From the NCBI GenBank assembly GCA_051294375.1, contig CM119264.1:26187011-26251010 (forward strand): DNA of 64,000 nucleotides, in the 5' to 3' direction. The notes beneath the pieces were generated by a model. That model was not told the DNA's origin. It did not search any database and saw only the letters and a list, made by a program, of their open reading frames with translations. A program made the translations under genes and the position numbers. This DNA comes from Paraspadella gotoi (taxonomy: Eukaryota; Animalia; Chaetognatha). Below, piece by piece: positions 1-13,062 of the stretch; positions within the stretch are counted from its first letter, which is position 1, and every line of letters starts with the position of its first letter.

Positions 1-398
1 AAGAGAGAAAGAAAGAGAGAGAAATAGTTGTCTGAAGAACGAAACTACGTCATAGGAAAAGACTCAGACTATTGGACAAATTTATTTGAGAAATCATACG
101 CTAAGCGGATTTTTCTTGAGCTTTCTCTAATTTTTTTGCCTCACAAATACGGTAAAACAAAACTTTTAAAGAGAAAAATTAATTAATTCAGTTAAGTGAG
201 GAAGTTTATGATACTAACGTGGGTTTAAGTGATACAAGTCAAACTTTTTTAAAGCCGTGAATTTTTTTTTCATGGTAAATTTTACTTTTTAGCGAAAAAT
301 TACTCAATGACAAATAAATTTGTCCAATAGTCTGAGTCTTTTCCTATGACGTAGTTTCGTTCTTCAGACAACTATTTCTCTCTCTTTCTTTCTCTCTT
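1..398. mobile_element. MITE-like inverted-repeat element (cut by window start)
   Basis: 1-88 is the reverse complement of 311-398 (…ATAGTTGTCTGAAGAACGAAACTACGTCATAGGAAAAGACTCAGACTATTGGACAAATTTATTTG). No ORF. TSD not visible because the window edge cuts it. Confidence 0.6.
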
Positions 399-464
399 TC
401 TTTCTATTTCTCTCTCTTTCTCTCTCTCTCACTTTTAGTTAAGTTTGATAAAAACCGCTATGGT

Positions 465-546
465 CACTGAGAGAGAGTGAGAGAGAGAAGAGAGAGATAG
501 AGAGAGAGAGAGAATAACGATAAAAATTTTAGACAAAGCTGACCAG

Positions 547-596
<50 letters not shown>
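465..596. repeat. (GA)n microsatellite cluster
   Basis: Direct inspection. Explains the SLSLSL ORF at 435-644. Confidence 0.9.
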
Positions 597-598
<2 letters not shown>

Positions 599-1354
599 TT
601 GAGTATGAAGGTTGACTGACAAAAATCCGCAGTTGCTCCTTCATTCTACAGGTTTTCTTTTCCTAAATTAAAAAAAAAATCTTACTTACGGACGTAGGAA
701 GGTTACAAACGTAAATAATTTACTTTTGTTTATCAGTTGAAAATCTCCTTTAGAAGTCCTATAGAAGGGGTATAAAAAAATTAATTCTAAAAATCATTTT
801 GGTATTTACTCATTTTGCGGATGAAGATTTTTCCCGAATCTGACTCCCGGTTGAAAACTCCTCTTTTACTTTTACTTTAAATAAAAATTTCACCAGCATG
901 GACTAATTCACTTTACCATGATCGTATCATATTAAAATAACCAAATAAAATGTAAAGAAAAATTTTGAGAGCCCTTCAGATATATGGCTATCGGATTCCT
1001 GAATTCGAAGTTTATTGTAAAATAACAATATATTTTAAATGCGTTTACATTGTATTCAAGTTGAGAAATCCCTTTATTTTATATATAAAAATTACATCGA
1101 AAATATTTTCCCGAGCGGACCAGTCCATTTGAATCTGATAGTTTGATATCAAAATGTTGGTTATTTGACAAGAGGAAAAAAATTTGAGCCCTTCAAATGC
1201 AACAGGATCGGAATCTAGTGTTTTTACATCTATTTTTTACCAGAATTTTTCTCAGGAGCGTTTATATTGTTTGGTAGTCAGATTTGAACAAAAGTCTCCA
1301 TTGAAAAAATTTTCCTCGATCTCTAAAAACGACGTCAGCTCCTATTTATTATTT

Positions 1355-2000
1355 TTTTAGTCGAATCTGCTTATAAGCAGATCCAGACTCTATAATTCAC
1401 TTTGTCGATCCTTCGGTCCGTTGGATGGATGGATTGGAATGAAATTTTGTATGTGGTTAGGGGAAGTGTGTGATTGAGCAGGATTATGAAAATTCGATGG
1501 AATCTGTGTGAGTGGAAATGAGTTTAAATGGAAAAAACAAAAAAAATATATTTCATTATTTGAACATCAATTACTCATGATTGGATGGGGCAATTGACCT
1601 GAAATTTTGTATGTGTGCTGACTAAGCTGGAAATCAAGTTTCGATGGAATTGTTTGAGTGGAAATGAGTTTAAATTGAAAAAAAACAAAAAACCTGTTTC
1701 ACTAATTGATTATGCTTCTTTTTCTTTTTCTTATTAAATGTAAAATGCAAGACGTATAAAATGATCAAATAATTAATCAGTTAATTAATCAATTTGTCAA
1801 TTAATTAATCAATTATTAATTAATCCAGTAAATTAATCAATCAAAACAAACATTTCGGGTCAAGTTAATTAACTAAATGACAAATTAATTAATTAATTTA
1901 ATTTAACCTTGAATTAATTATTTATTAAAAAAATTTCAATTAATTATTAATTATTTAATAACGAGTGGAAGTGAGTTTAAGTGGAAAAAAAAACAAACGT
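1355..2000 (+). mobile_element. DINE-1/HINE-like (Helentron-associated) element, partial
   Basis: Starts TTTTAGTCGAATCTGCTTATAAGCAGATCCAGAC (palindromic 5' subTIR). Body is shared with many other copies in the window. Confidence 0.7.
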
Positions 2001-3523
2001 CAATTTTACCTTGAATTTTTTTTTTAATTTCAAAGTTTCTTCTCTCTCTCTCTCTCTCAGATAAAATGATAGATTAATCTACTAGTAAATATTATCGCTT
2101 CAATCAATAAATATCAAAAATCAATAATTCATAAATCCTTAATGCAAATTTAAAAAAAAATATACAAATAAAAAAAAAAAATTATGCAAGTTTAAAAAAT
2201 TATGCGAGTTAAAATATTATGCAAGTTTTAAAAATTATGCAAGTTTAAAAATTTATACATGTTGAAAAAATTATGCAAGTTGAAAAAATTATGACAAGTT
2301 AAAAAATTTATGCAAGTTGAACATATTATGCAAGTTGAAAAATAATGCAAGTTGAAAAAATTATGCAAGGTTGCAAAAATTTTGCAAGTTTTTTCAAGCG
2401 TAAATGAAAATTATTTAAAAGAATCTCTTCTAAATAGCACATTGTATCATAAAAAATTAAAACTGTTTTCCTGCGACTGATTTTTGCTAAATATATTTAA
2501 TACGTATACCATTTTACGTCCAAACACTTATTTTAGGAGACTTTTCATGTACAAGCCTATCAGACAGCAGAAGAACAGACCTGCTTGCTAGCTGAGCTCT
2601 TGCATTTCCGAAAATGTATTCACTTTAAACATTCTGATGGCATTCTACGCCATTTTATATCGGTTTTAATTTATAATATAAAATAAAAGAAACCTATCTG
2701 AAGAAGGTTGCAGGTCAAACGAAAAAGCCAATCCATCTTGATATTTTTTATGATTTTTTATTACTAATTAGAAAAAATGCTAAATAGAGGAGAATCTTTT
2801 AATTTAAACATGTTCATTGAAAATGAAAACATTTTTAAACTTTTAACCTGAATTCTTCATAACTGGAACGCGTATTAAAAATGTCTCTCTATTACAATTT
2901 TTACAAAGTTTTTAAAATTGCTACATCAAATTTTCTTAATCAATATTATTTGCAGTCGTTAGGCTGCAACTCTTCAAATCTCACTATAGATTCATTGAGC
3001 TAAAAATTTCCTTTACCATCTATTTACTAAAGATTTTGTTCATGACTGGGAAAACCAACCGAGGTAACAAGATTAATTGTTAATTCTCCCTTCTAATAAT
3101 ACCCTTACCTGTTTTAACTTCTTACTAGAATTTTTTAACAATCAGATTGAAAAACTAATCTTTAAAAAATTTGCTTACCCCATTAACTTAACAATTTTTT
3201 TATTTACTCATTTAATGAAAATAAAATGATTGAAAACAGAATGTTTACATCATAAATAAAAACTTTTTTTGTGATTACTGATGACTATAATTGTATTTCT
3301 CGAGTATTAGCTCTAATACATCAAAGATTAGCATTGTTATGCTGAATGACCTTCCTCTTTAAAGGTCTGCTCAATTTTAATGCTTTCAGGATACACCATT
3401 GTTTACTGGCTATGATGATATTTATATGGTTAGATTTGTTAGATAAACAAAGTACATAGCAAGCTATTGATCCACTCCTTCCTGCAAGATTTCTTTCAAG
3501 AAGTCTTTTAAGGATACTTCTTC

Positions 3524-4803
3524 ACTGAAAAAAAAAAGTAATACAACTTGTCAGCTGAAAAGATAAGAAAAGTTTCAAAACTAGAGAATTGTTAGCAAAT
3601 TAAATAAAAACAGAAGATTACCTTTTGAGTAATCAATGCACCCATCACATTTGCCAATGAGTCTTCTTTTGTTTCCACACCACCCAAATGAAGGAGCAAC
3701 AGGGAGCTCTCCTTCCTGGATCACAAAATTGAAGGTTTCTCCATTTGATTGGATAATATTGGACCAGCATTTCGAAATCATCACGGAATTCTACAAAAAT
3801 AAAAATAAAGATTCATAGCATATCGATCATTTTATTTAAGGTTTGAGAATATTATTACAGAGATCAAGTATTTTAGTTTGATAATAATTTAATATGTAAG
3901 TATTTGCAGAACAGAATTTTAAAATTATACTTTGTTCTTAGAGTAGTCATACATCCTCACATTTGCAATGAGTTTCTTTGTTTCCACACCACCAAATGAA
4001 GAGCACAGGGAGTCTCTCCTTTTGGATCACAAATTTGAGGGTTTTCCATGTGATTGATATTTTTGGCCACATTTCAAATCATCACGATATTCTAATAGAA
4101 ATATATGAAACTAAAGCTTTAATTCAATTTTAAAAAAAATCCTGTTTGCAGGAGAACTAAAATATCTCACTTAAGATTATGCAATTTTTATGTACTTCAA
4201 AATTTTTATTAATATAAAACCTTTTTTCTTAGAGTAATCAATACATCCTGGCATCTGCAGTGAGCCTCTTTATTTCCGCACCCATCCAGTTGAAGCACAC
4301 AGGGAAATTTCCCTTTGGATCACAAATGGAAGGCTCTCCATTTTCAACCAGTGAGGCCGCATTTTTAGGTCGTCGCGAAATTTAATCAAGCCTTCTTCCT
4401 TTTCCTTTCATTCTGGGAAACTGCAATGAATCCATTGCCGAGGTAGAATGACGGGAAATATGTTTAATTTAAGTTTTCATGTAATTCATGGAGATGTTTT
4501 AGAAATCTCAATTTTCTGGTATCTTAATTCTTTAATATCCATCCTGTAAAGAGGTTTTTTATTAAAAAAATAATCAAAAAATTTTAAAAATAGAAATAAA
4601 TTGTTCATAAAAAATTAAAACAAATTTTTTTTTGGGTTAAAACTAGATTCAGTGAGAAAAAATAATTTTTAAATGTAAGCTAAATTTCTACAACTAAATT
4701 TTACTAAAACTGTATTCTTTACAGTAAGCTCAATTTCTACTTCTTATATATTAATTCTTCTTTGGTGGGCCAAGTATGTACTTGGAGCTGTATACTAATA
4801 AGT
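3524..4803 (-). pseudogene. Copy A of the hevein-like repeat gene (3' exons), frameshifted; probably a redundant noisy assembly copy of copy B
   Basis: Colinear with 6622-7898: three domain exons (~3622-3790, ~3929-4090, ~4221-4420) and the microexon (~4782-4803). Differs mostly by scattered 1-nt indels. Block 2170-5704 ends at a 25-N gap, after which the same sequence restarts. Confidence 0.75.
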
Positions 4804-6719
4804 CTAAAATAAACGACTCTACACCAGTTTTTCCTGATGGATTTTTTATGCTTTTATGAGTTTATGAGTTAACAAAACTGATCCAATTTATTTTTAATTT
4901 GCGCTTTTTACTTTATGTAAATGCTTTATATAATATAAAATAGTTGTCCTATTCTTCTAAGGAATCTTTTGAAAAAAAATGAAATCTGGATTTTAAAAAT
5001 TTAAAAAACAGTGAGCATTTTTTAAGACATCGGAGTTGAACAAACTCTGTCATCGACATCCCGCTTTTTTGATGTTGTGGTGAATCTCTTTGAAGAGGTA
5101 ATGATTGAGGGAAATTTAACTTTCTTGACGAAAAAGAAGTTGAAAAAGAAGAGTTGCAGCTCAAACCGTCTGGACTAATCTTCTAGAAAAAGACTATCTT
5201 AGGGGCAAGAAAGGAAAGGTGGGGTTGATTCTATGAGCTCGTTTTTGTTAAAAAGATATTAAGAATTAATATTGAAAGTGACCTAAAATAATCAAATTTT
5301 CTAAGAAGGAGGCAAATTTGAAAGTATCCTTTTCATAGAATTGGAGTCCGGTGACCTTAAAGTAATCCATGCCAAACTTTCAAAGAAACCACGCTTACGC
5401 CGTTTGGCTTCACTCTTTAAATAGGTCTCTTTTATTTTATATAGTCACAGAAACAAGTTTGGAGCAAATAATGTTGGATCTGCCCACGATCATTATCGGT
5501 AAGTTTATTAATTTGATTAATTCATTCATGGTAATTTTGATACGAATGTTTGTTTTGATTGATTGACCGATTAATTAATATTGTTAATTATTTATTAAAT
5601 TAAGTAAGGCTGATTAATTATTGATTAATTAATACATCTTGTATTTACATTTAATATAAAAAAAAGCATAATCAATTAGTGAAAAAGTTTTTTTGTTTTT
5701 TTCCNNNNNNNNNNNNNNNNNNNNNNNNNAAAAAAATTATGCAAGTTTAAAAAATTATGCAAGTTAAAATATTATGCAAGTTTAAAAAATTATGAAAGTT
5801 TAAAAATTTATACATGTTGAAAAAAATTATGCAAGTTGCAAAAATTTTGCAAGTTTTCTTCAAGCGTAAATAAGAATTATCTTAAAGATCTCTACTCTAA
5901 AATGCACATTGTACATAAAAAAAATTTAAAAACTGTTTTCCTGCGACTGATTTTTGCTTAAATATATTCTAATACGTACTACCATTTACGTCAAAGCACT
6001 TTTTTGAGAGACTTTCTGTCTGCCTTCAGCGCGAGAACGAGGACCTGCTTGCTTCCCGAAGTCCCATCATTGAGTTGCCGTCTCATGTGGACGGAGTTGA
6101 TTGACTTTGTCCCCTTTTTTATCTTCCTGTTGTTGGAATTGTTATCTTCTTTTTGTTCACGTTTATTGTTGACATGAGATGTTTTTGCAACCGTTCCCGC
6201 AATTATTTGTTTGCTCTATTTTCTTTTCAGAAAAAAAATTACTTACTTAATACATCTACATAATTCACATTATCTGTTTTGTGTAAAGTAAAAACTACAC
6301 ATTTAGACATAAAATATATGTAACACTATATCGTACAACAATACCACATACAACAGTTGTAAAACGTTACAAATTTAATGAAATTAAAAATATATTGATT
6401 CATTAAGGTTTATGTTCCAGGACCGACTAATGGTAAAGGCTAATACATGCTAAAGTTGTTAAAGGTCTGCTCAATTTTTAATGCTTTCAGGATACACCAT
6501 TTGTTTACTGGCTATGAATGATTTTATATGGTTAGATTTGTTAGATAAACAAAGTACATAGCAAGTATTGATCCACTCCTTCCTGCAAGATTTCTTTCAA
6601 GAAGTCTTTTAAGATACTTCTTCACTGAAAAAAAAAAGTAATACAATTGTCAACTGAAAAAGATAAAAGTTTCAAACTAGAGAATTGTTAGTAAATTAAA
6701 ATAATAAACAGAAGATTAC

Positions 6720-6877
6720 CTTTGAGTAATCAATGCACCCATCACATTTGCAATGAGTTTCTTTGTTTCCACACCACCCAAATGAAGAGCAACAGGGAGT
6801 CTCTCCTTTTGGATCACAAATTGAAGGTTTTCCATTGATTGGATAATTTGGACCACATTTCAAATCATCACGGAATT
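6720..6877 (-). CDS. Copy B, domain-3 exon of secreted hevein-like (chitin-binding type-1-like) repeat protein
   Basis: AG|AA TTC CGT… reads (E)FRDDLKCGPNYPINGKPSICDPKGETPCCSSFGWCGNKETHCKCDGCIDYSK|GTAATC. 158 nt, phase 1 in and phase 0 out. The next acceptor (TTTTCAG, 6625) is followed directly by TGA at 6624-6622. Confidence 0.85.
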
Positions 6878-7027
6878 CTTACAAAAATAAAATAAAATAA
6901 AATTCATAGCAATAATCGATCATTTTATTTAAGGTTTTGAAGAATATTATTACAGAAGATCAAAGTATTTTAGTTTGATAATCATTTAATATGTAAGTAT
7001 TTGCAGAACAGAATTTTAAAATTATAC

Positions 7028-7192
7028 CTTTGTTCTTAGAGTAGTCAATACATCCTTCACATTTGCAATGAGTTTCTTTGTTTCCACACCACCCAAATGA
7101 AGAGCAACAGGGAGTCTCTCCTTTTGGATCACAAATTGAGGGTTTTCCATTGATTGGATATTTTGGACCACATTTCAAATCATCACGATATT
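7028..7192 (-). CDS. Copy B, domain-2 exon (hevein-like 8-Cys domain)
   Basis: TTAG|AA TAT CGT… reads (E)YRDDLKCGPKYPINGKPSICDPKGETPCCSSFGWCGNKETHCKCEGCIDYSKNK, then G|GTATAA. 165-nt symmetric phase-1 exon. Matches ORF 6960-7178. Confidence 0.88.
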
Positions 7193-7318
7193 CTAATAGA
7201 AATATATGAAACTAAAGCTTCAATTCAATTTTAAAAATCCTGTTTGCAGGAGATTAAAATATCTCACTTAAGTATTATGCAATTTTTATGTACTTCAAAA
7301 TTTTATTGAATATAAAAC

Positions 7319-7522
7319 CTTTTTTCTTAGAGTAATCAATACATCCTGGGCATCTGCAGTGAGCCTCTTTATTTCCGCACCATCCAGTTGAAGCACAACA
7401 GGGAAATTTCCCTTTTGGATCACAAATGGAAGGCTCTCCATTTTTCAACCAGTGAGGCCCGCATTTTAGGTCGTCGCGAAATTTAATCAAGCCTTCTTCC
7501 TTTTCCTTTTCATTCTGGGAAA
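7319..7522 (-). CDS. Copy B, linker + domain-1 exon (hevein-like 8-Cys domain)
   Basis: TTGCAG|TT TCC CAG… reads SQNEKEKEEGLIKFRDDLKCGPHWLKNGEPSICDPKGKFPCCASTGWCGNKEAHCRCPGCIDYSKKK, then G|GTTTTA. 204 nt, phase 1-1. The 5' boundary is inferred; an in-frame 3-nt indel versus copy C supports the linker being coding. Confidence 0.8.
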
Positions 7523-7875
7523 CTGCAATGAATCCATTGCCGAGGTAGAATGACGGGAATATGTTTAATTTTAAGTTTCATGTAAATTCATGGAATGTTT
7601 AGAAATCTCAATTTTCTGTATCTTAATTCTTTAATATCATCCTGTAAGAGGTTTTTTATTAAAAAATAATCAAAAAATTTTAAAAATATAAATAAATTGT
7701 TCATAAAAAATTAAACAAATTTTTTTTTTGGGTAAAACTAGATTTTCAAGAGAAAAATAATTTTTAAATGTAAGCTAAATTTCTACAACTAAATTTTTAA
7801 CTTAAAACTGATTCTTTACAGTAAGCTCAATTTCTACTTCTTATATATAATTCTTTCTTTGGTGCAAGTACGTAC

Positions 7876-7898
7876 TTGGAGCTGTATCACTAATAAGT
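7876..7898 (-). CDS. Copy B, 23-nt coding microexon (LISDTAP)
   Basis: TTTATTTTAG|ACTTATTAGTGATACAGCTCCAA|GTACGT. Identical in copy C (53774-53796, donor GTATGT). Converts the phase-2 signal exon to the phase-1 domain exon. Confidence 0.6.
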
Positions 7899-8264
7899 CT
7901 AAAATAAACGACTCTACACATTTTCCTGATGGATTTTTATGCTTTTATGAGTTTTATGAGTTAAAAAACTGATCCAATTTATTTTAATTTGGCTTTTTAC
8001 TTTATGTAAATGTTTATATCATAAAATAGTTGTCCTATTTTCTAAGGAATCTTTGAAAAAAAATGAAATCTGGATTTAAAAATTTAAAAACAGTGAGCCA
8101 TTTTTTAAGACATCGGAGTTGAACAAACTCTGTCATCACATCCCGTTTTTTTGTATGTTGTGGTGAATCTTTTAAGAGTAATGATTAGGGAATTTAACTT
8201 TCTTGACGAAAAGAAGTTGAAAAAGAAGAGTTGCAGCTCAAACCGTTGGACTAATCTTCTAGAA

Positions 8265-8522
8265 AAAAATATCTAGGGCAAGAAAGGAAAGGTGGGGTTG
8301 ATTCTATGAGCTCGTTTTTGTTAAAAAGATATTAAGGAATTAATATTGAAAATTGACTAAAATAATCAAATTTTCTAAGAAGGAAGGCAAATTTTGAAAG
8401 TATCTTTTCATAGAATTGGAGTCCGTGACCTTAAAGTAATCCATGCCAAATTTCATAAGAAACCACCTTACCGTTTGGGCTGCAACTCTTTAAATAGGTT
8501 TCTTTTATTTTATATAGTACAG
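8265..8522 (-). mobile_element. Possible short non-autonomous Helitron
   Basis: Present in copies A/B and absent at the equivalent site in copy C (54135-54145). Minus strand starts TCTGTACTATATAAAA and has CTAG near the other end. 3' hairpin not convincing. Confidence 0.35.
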
Positions 8523-9205
8523 AAACAAGTTTGAGCAAATAATGTTGGATCTGCCCACGATCATTATCGATAATTTATTAATTGATTAATTCATTAATTT
8601 GATAATTTTTGATACGAAATGTTTGTTTTGATTGATTGACCGATTAATTAATTATTGATTAATTAATTTATTAATTAAGTAACTGATTAATTATTTGATT
8701 AATTAATACATCTTGTATTTACATTTAATATAAAAAAAAGCATAATCAATTAGTGAAACAAGTTTTTTGTTTTTTTCCATTTAACTCATTTCCACTCAAA
8801 TGATTCCATCGAAACTTGATTTCCAGCTTAATCACACACTTTCCTACCCACATATAAAATTTCAGGTTAATCGCTTCATCCAAATAGTGAAATTAATTCT
8901 TTTGTTTTTTCCATTTAAACTCTTTTCCACACGGACGATTCCATCGAAACTTTATATCCAGCTCAATCGAACATTTCCCTACCAACACACAAAATTTCAT
9001 TCTAATCCATCCATCCAATCACGACTAATTGGAGTTTTTTGCTAAGGTGGGATGGACGGACGAACGGACGGACGGACGGACGGACAGATGGATGGACATC
9101 GTTTTTTTGGTATAATTTATCATAATTCGATGTTCTGACATGATTTAAGTTAATGCCCGACAAGATTGGGGGGTCGGAATCTGCTGATAAGCAGATCCGA
9201 CTAAA
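8523..9205 (-). mobile_element. DINE-1/HINE-like element, near full length
   Basis: 5' subTIR palindrome GTCGGATCTGC-TTATCA-GCAGATTCCGAC, (GTCC/GTCT)n microsatellite, 3' subTIR GCAGATCC(G/A)AC followed by GTTTG-CT-CAAAC-type hairpin, inserted in a T-run without TSD. This is the established DINE-1/HINE layout. Confidence 0.8.
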
Positions 9206-11349
9206 AATCGAAAAAACGACAACGCCTCTGAAAAAATAGTAAAGTGAAAACATTTTTGGAATCGTCAGGAGGTCTCCTCTCCAAATCCGAGCTCGGTTTT
9301 ATCCTAATTATAATTTTAATTGAGTGATCCCGGACCTTAAAACTCTTCTTTATAAATGATAATTTTTTTATTGTTGGATTAAAAACTTTTTTTCTGCATT
9401 GATAATGTTTCTCTTTTCCTTCACCTGGAAAAACCTAAAAATAGGGTATTCTGTCTAAAGATTTATTTAAAACTTTATGAAAAAAGAGTCTAACTTTTGG
9501 CTATAGTTTTTGAGCAAAAAATGGTTTTCCAGTAAAAAAATTATTGATGAAAAAAATAAATAAGTAAAACTTATTAAAAATTAAAACCAGTAATTGTTAA
9601 AATTAGCAAAGTCTCATTAATTTAATGAAATTGAAATAAAATTTTAAATATTTACAGTTAAAGTTAAAGTCATTTGGCTATTATAAAACAAATCTTTTTA
9701 TGATATGATAATTGATAAATATGATAGGATTTTTTTATGATATGGATGATAATTCTTTATGATAAAGCTGTCATATAACAATAAAAAATCATTAGAAGTC
9801 ATAATAGATTAAAAACTTTTAATAATACATATTTAATTGATTATCGAGCACTATTTCTGGTTTGGGACACGCCCACTATTGATGAAAACCCTTTTTTGAA
9901 CATTTTTGGTCTAATTACTACTTATTAAATAATTATACTAATTGCAGGATAGGTAAATAGTCTTAAAAAAAAAACTGCCTAACTTTTCATTTGTAGTAAA
10001 AAAAAAAATTTCATATTGTAGTCCACGCCAACTTCAGGTAAATTGTTCGTCGGTCTAATGCAAAATCTGATTGACAACCCTTTGTTAATCGTTTTAAGCA
10101 CTTAAAATTCTACTAGAAACTGAACTGAACTGAATTAATTAATAATTAATTAGTTAATTAATCAATTAATTAATCAATCAAAACAAACATTTTGGATCAA
10201 ATTAATTGCATAATTGCATAATTAATTAAATAATTAACTTAAATAAATAAATTAATTAAATAATTAATTAATTAAATAAATAATTATTTATTAATTAATT
10301 AATTACCGATAATGATCGTGGGCAGATCCGACATTGTTTGCTCAAACTTGTTTAAACTCGAATAATTTTTTCAACTTGCATCATTTTTTTCAACTCGCAT
10401 CATTTTTTCAACCTACAAATTTTTTCCAACTTTAAACATTTTTTAAACCTGCATCTTTTTTTTAACTTGCATCACTTTTTTAAATTGTATCATTTATAAG
10501 TAAGCACAAATAATAAAAATTCAAGTCAAACTTTATATCCTGCTCATTAAGCTCAATCACATACATACTTTCCTACCCACATACAAAATTTCTTCTAAAT
10601 CTATCCATCCAATTATGATTAATTAGAGTAATTATGGTTAAAATTAATAAAGGATTTTATTAAATGTGACATAAGTTTTTTCTCATTTAAACTCATTTCT
10701 ACTTGCATGATTCCATCGAAACTTGTTATTCAACTCAATCACTCACTTTCTCACCCACACACAAAATTTCATCTCCATCTATCCTTCCAATCACAAATAA
10801 ATTAGCTAAGGGGGGACCGCCTGACAGACAGACGTACAGACAGCCAGACGGACGGACGGAAGGACATCTTTTTTTTGCATAATTTATTATAATTCAATGA
10901 TCTGATATGATCAAAATGATTTACCGACAAGATTGGGGGGTAGATCGACCGACCGACAAAGTGGATTTTAGAGTCGGAATCTGTGATTAGCAGATACAAC
11001 TAAAAATGCGAGCTCTTCAGATACAAGACTATCAGCTCCCAGATCATGAAGTCTTTTCTTAAACAAAAATATAAACTAATCCCGTTTCATTTCTATAGAA
11101 AACTCAAGGTTGAAAATTTCACCAGAGCAGAGGAGTCCATTTCCCCTGACTTGTTTGATATCAAAAAGTTGTTGAATTACTAAGAGAAAAAAAATGCAAG
11201 CTGTTCAGACACAAAGCTTTCGGAATCGTGCGTTTTTACATCAATTTTTTGCAGAAGTTCTTCCCTGGGGTGTTTATAAAGTTTGGTAATCAGATTTGAA
11301 CGAAAATCTCCATTGAAAAAATATTCTAAGATTTCTAAAATCGACATCG

Positions 11350-11590
11350 ACTCCTATCCTATATAACAAGGACGAGAGCGAAGAAACAAACTTACGAATA
11401 TTTGAAATAATTATATGCGCAAGGACGGAGCGATGGTTAACCTGAATGGGGTTCGCTGGAATGCGTGGATCTGTCGGAAATAATACATTTATGGCAACAT
11501 GTGTGATCCCCGAGGTGTGAGGCATCTCACGACAGCAGGCAATCAGGGTTTTGTACCTGCATTGACCACCCCATATGACCGTGACCGTAA
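11350..11590 (+). mobile_element. Short repeat, possibly a non-autonomous Helitron (also ~15100-15385 and ~55225-55520)
   Basis: Three copies, starting TCCTAT(C)CTATATA…AAGGACGAGAGCG or a close variant and ending …CCAATGGGACAAGCTG. The 92-115 aa minus-strand ORFs over these copies have no recognisable motif. Confidence 0.4.
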
Positions 11591-13062
11591 GGTGTTCCAA
11601 ATAGCAAAACATACCAGGATTTCAATTTACATCTAGGATAATATGTAGGGGCTTAAAAAATGATGTTAGGAACAATCGCCATTCAAATATGTTGATCACT
11701 GGCCGTGCTACCCTCTCTTGAAGGATTTTTGGCACACCTTTTACTTCATATTCTATTGTGTCCACCTTATTCAATTAGTTAAAGAAATGTATGGGGGTAA
11801 TTCAAGTAAAATTTTAAATCCTAATTACCTCTTGACTCTTGAGGCTTTACTACAGCATTCACAATATACTGGAGAAGATGGTAGTCATTACATTAATGAA
11901 TATATCTTTTGAGTATGGATAGTATAATCACAGTAGCTCTCAAGCGCGAAGTCACTTTTTTTTCATTTTTTTGTCCAAATTTTAGGTTTGATATAATCTG
12001 CGATTGATTATAAATGCAAAAGAAATTCAAAAAATACATGATTGTATTATAGTATTAAACTTAAAAAGTGTCTTTTGTCAATATTTAGCTTTTTGTATGC
12101 CTCTACCTCACAACATAAATGATTCAAATTCAATTTTTCCAAATTTTTGACTCCTTTAAGGTATTAGTACAGAAAAATCTACCAAGATGTGGCCACACCT
12201 TGATAAAACCTAGGAGGAAAAACCAATAACTATTAAAAAATATTTATTTTGAAAAATAATAGCTCACTAATTGAAAGCTATTTCTAAAGCAATCGCTTGT
12301 CCACATCCTTCAGCATATTGGGAATGCTTCTACAAGCCCTATGGAATATTTTGATAAAATATAAATTACGAGTATTAAGCTAGCTAATAAAGGTGATAAT
12401 AATGACGCAACCCAATTTTTTTTCTATTGACAGCTTATAAATTTAAAAAAAAATATCCTTCAAAAAAAGCTCCCTTAAGAAGTACTTGATTAATCATTAT
12501 GAAACTTACCCAAAACATTTACCTTATCCTCCTTCATTGATTAAAGCTATATTAGAAATAATAGAAACATATTTTGAACATATGGCATATCTTTAAAAAA
12601 TTTGTACAGGAAGTATCCTCCAGGATGTGGATACACTTATATTTTAAAAACAAATTATTGAATTAGTTAAAGGTTTCATAGATGAGTAAAATCATGTAAA
12701 AACCTTTTATAGTACTATAAATACTCAAAAGATATATTCATTAATGTAATGACTACCACCTTCTCCAGCATGTTGTGAATGCTGTAGTAAAGCCTCAAGA
12801 GGTAATTAGGATTAAAAATTTTACTTGATTTACCCTCATACATTTCTTTAACTAATTGAATAGGGTGGACGCTAAAATATTTTTTCTTTTGAACACAATA
12901 GAATATGAAGTAAAAGTGTGCCAAAAATCCTTCAAGAGATGGTAGCACGGCCAGTGATTAACATATTTGAATGGCGATTATTCCTAACATCATTTTTTAA
13001 GCCCCCTCATATTATCCTAGATGTAAATTGAAATCCTGGTATGTTTTGCTATTTGGCACACC
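11591..13062. mobile_element. Non-autonomous foldback-type DNA transposon with ~330-bp TIRs
   Basis: 11591-~11925 is the reverse complement of ~12710-13062 (GGTGT(T/G)CCAAATAGCAAAACATACCAGG…). Empty site visible in the paralogous copy at 15350-15380. Confidence 0.8.

Noticed and set aside
7523-7641. Start codon at 7581 (MKLKIKHIPVIL…) or acceptor at 7642 as the 5' end of the domain exon
   Set aside because: The ATG is out of frame with the domain in both B and C, and the 7642 acceptor hits stops in all frames. The 28.3-kb signal exon plus microexon gives a clean model.
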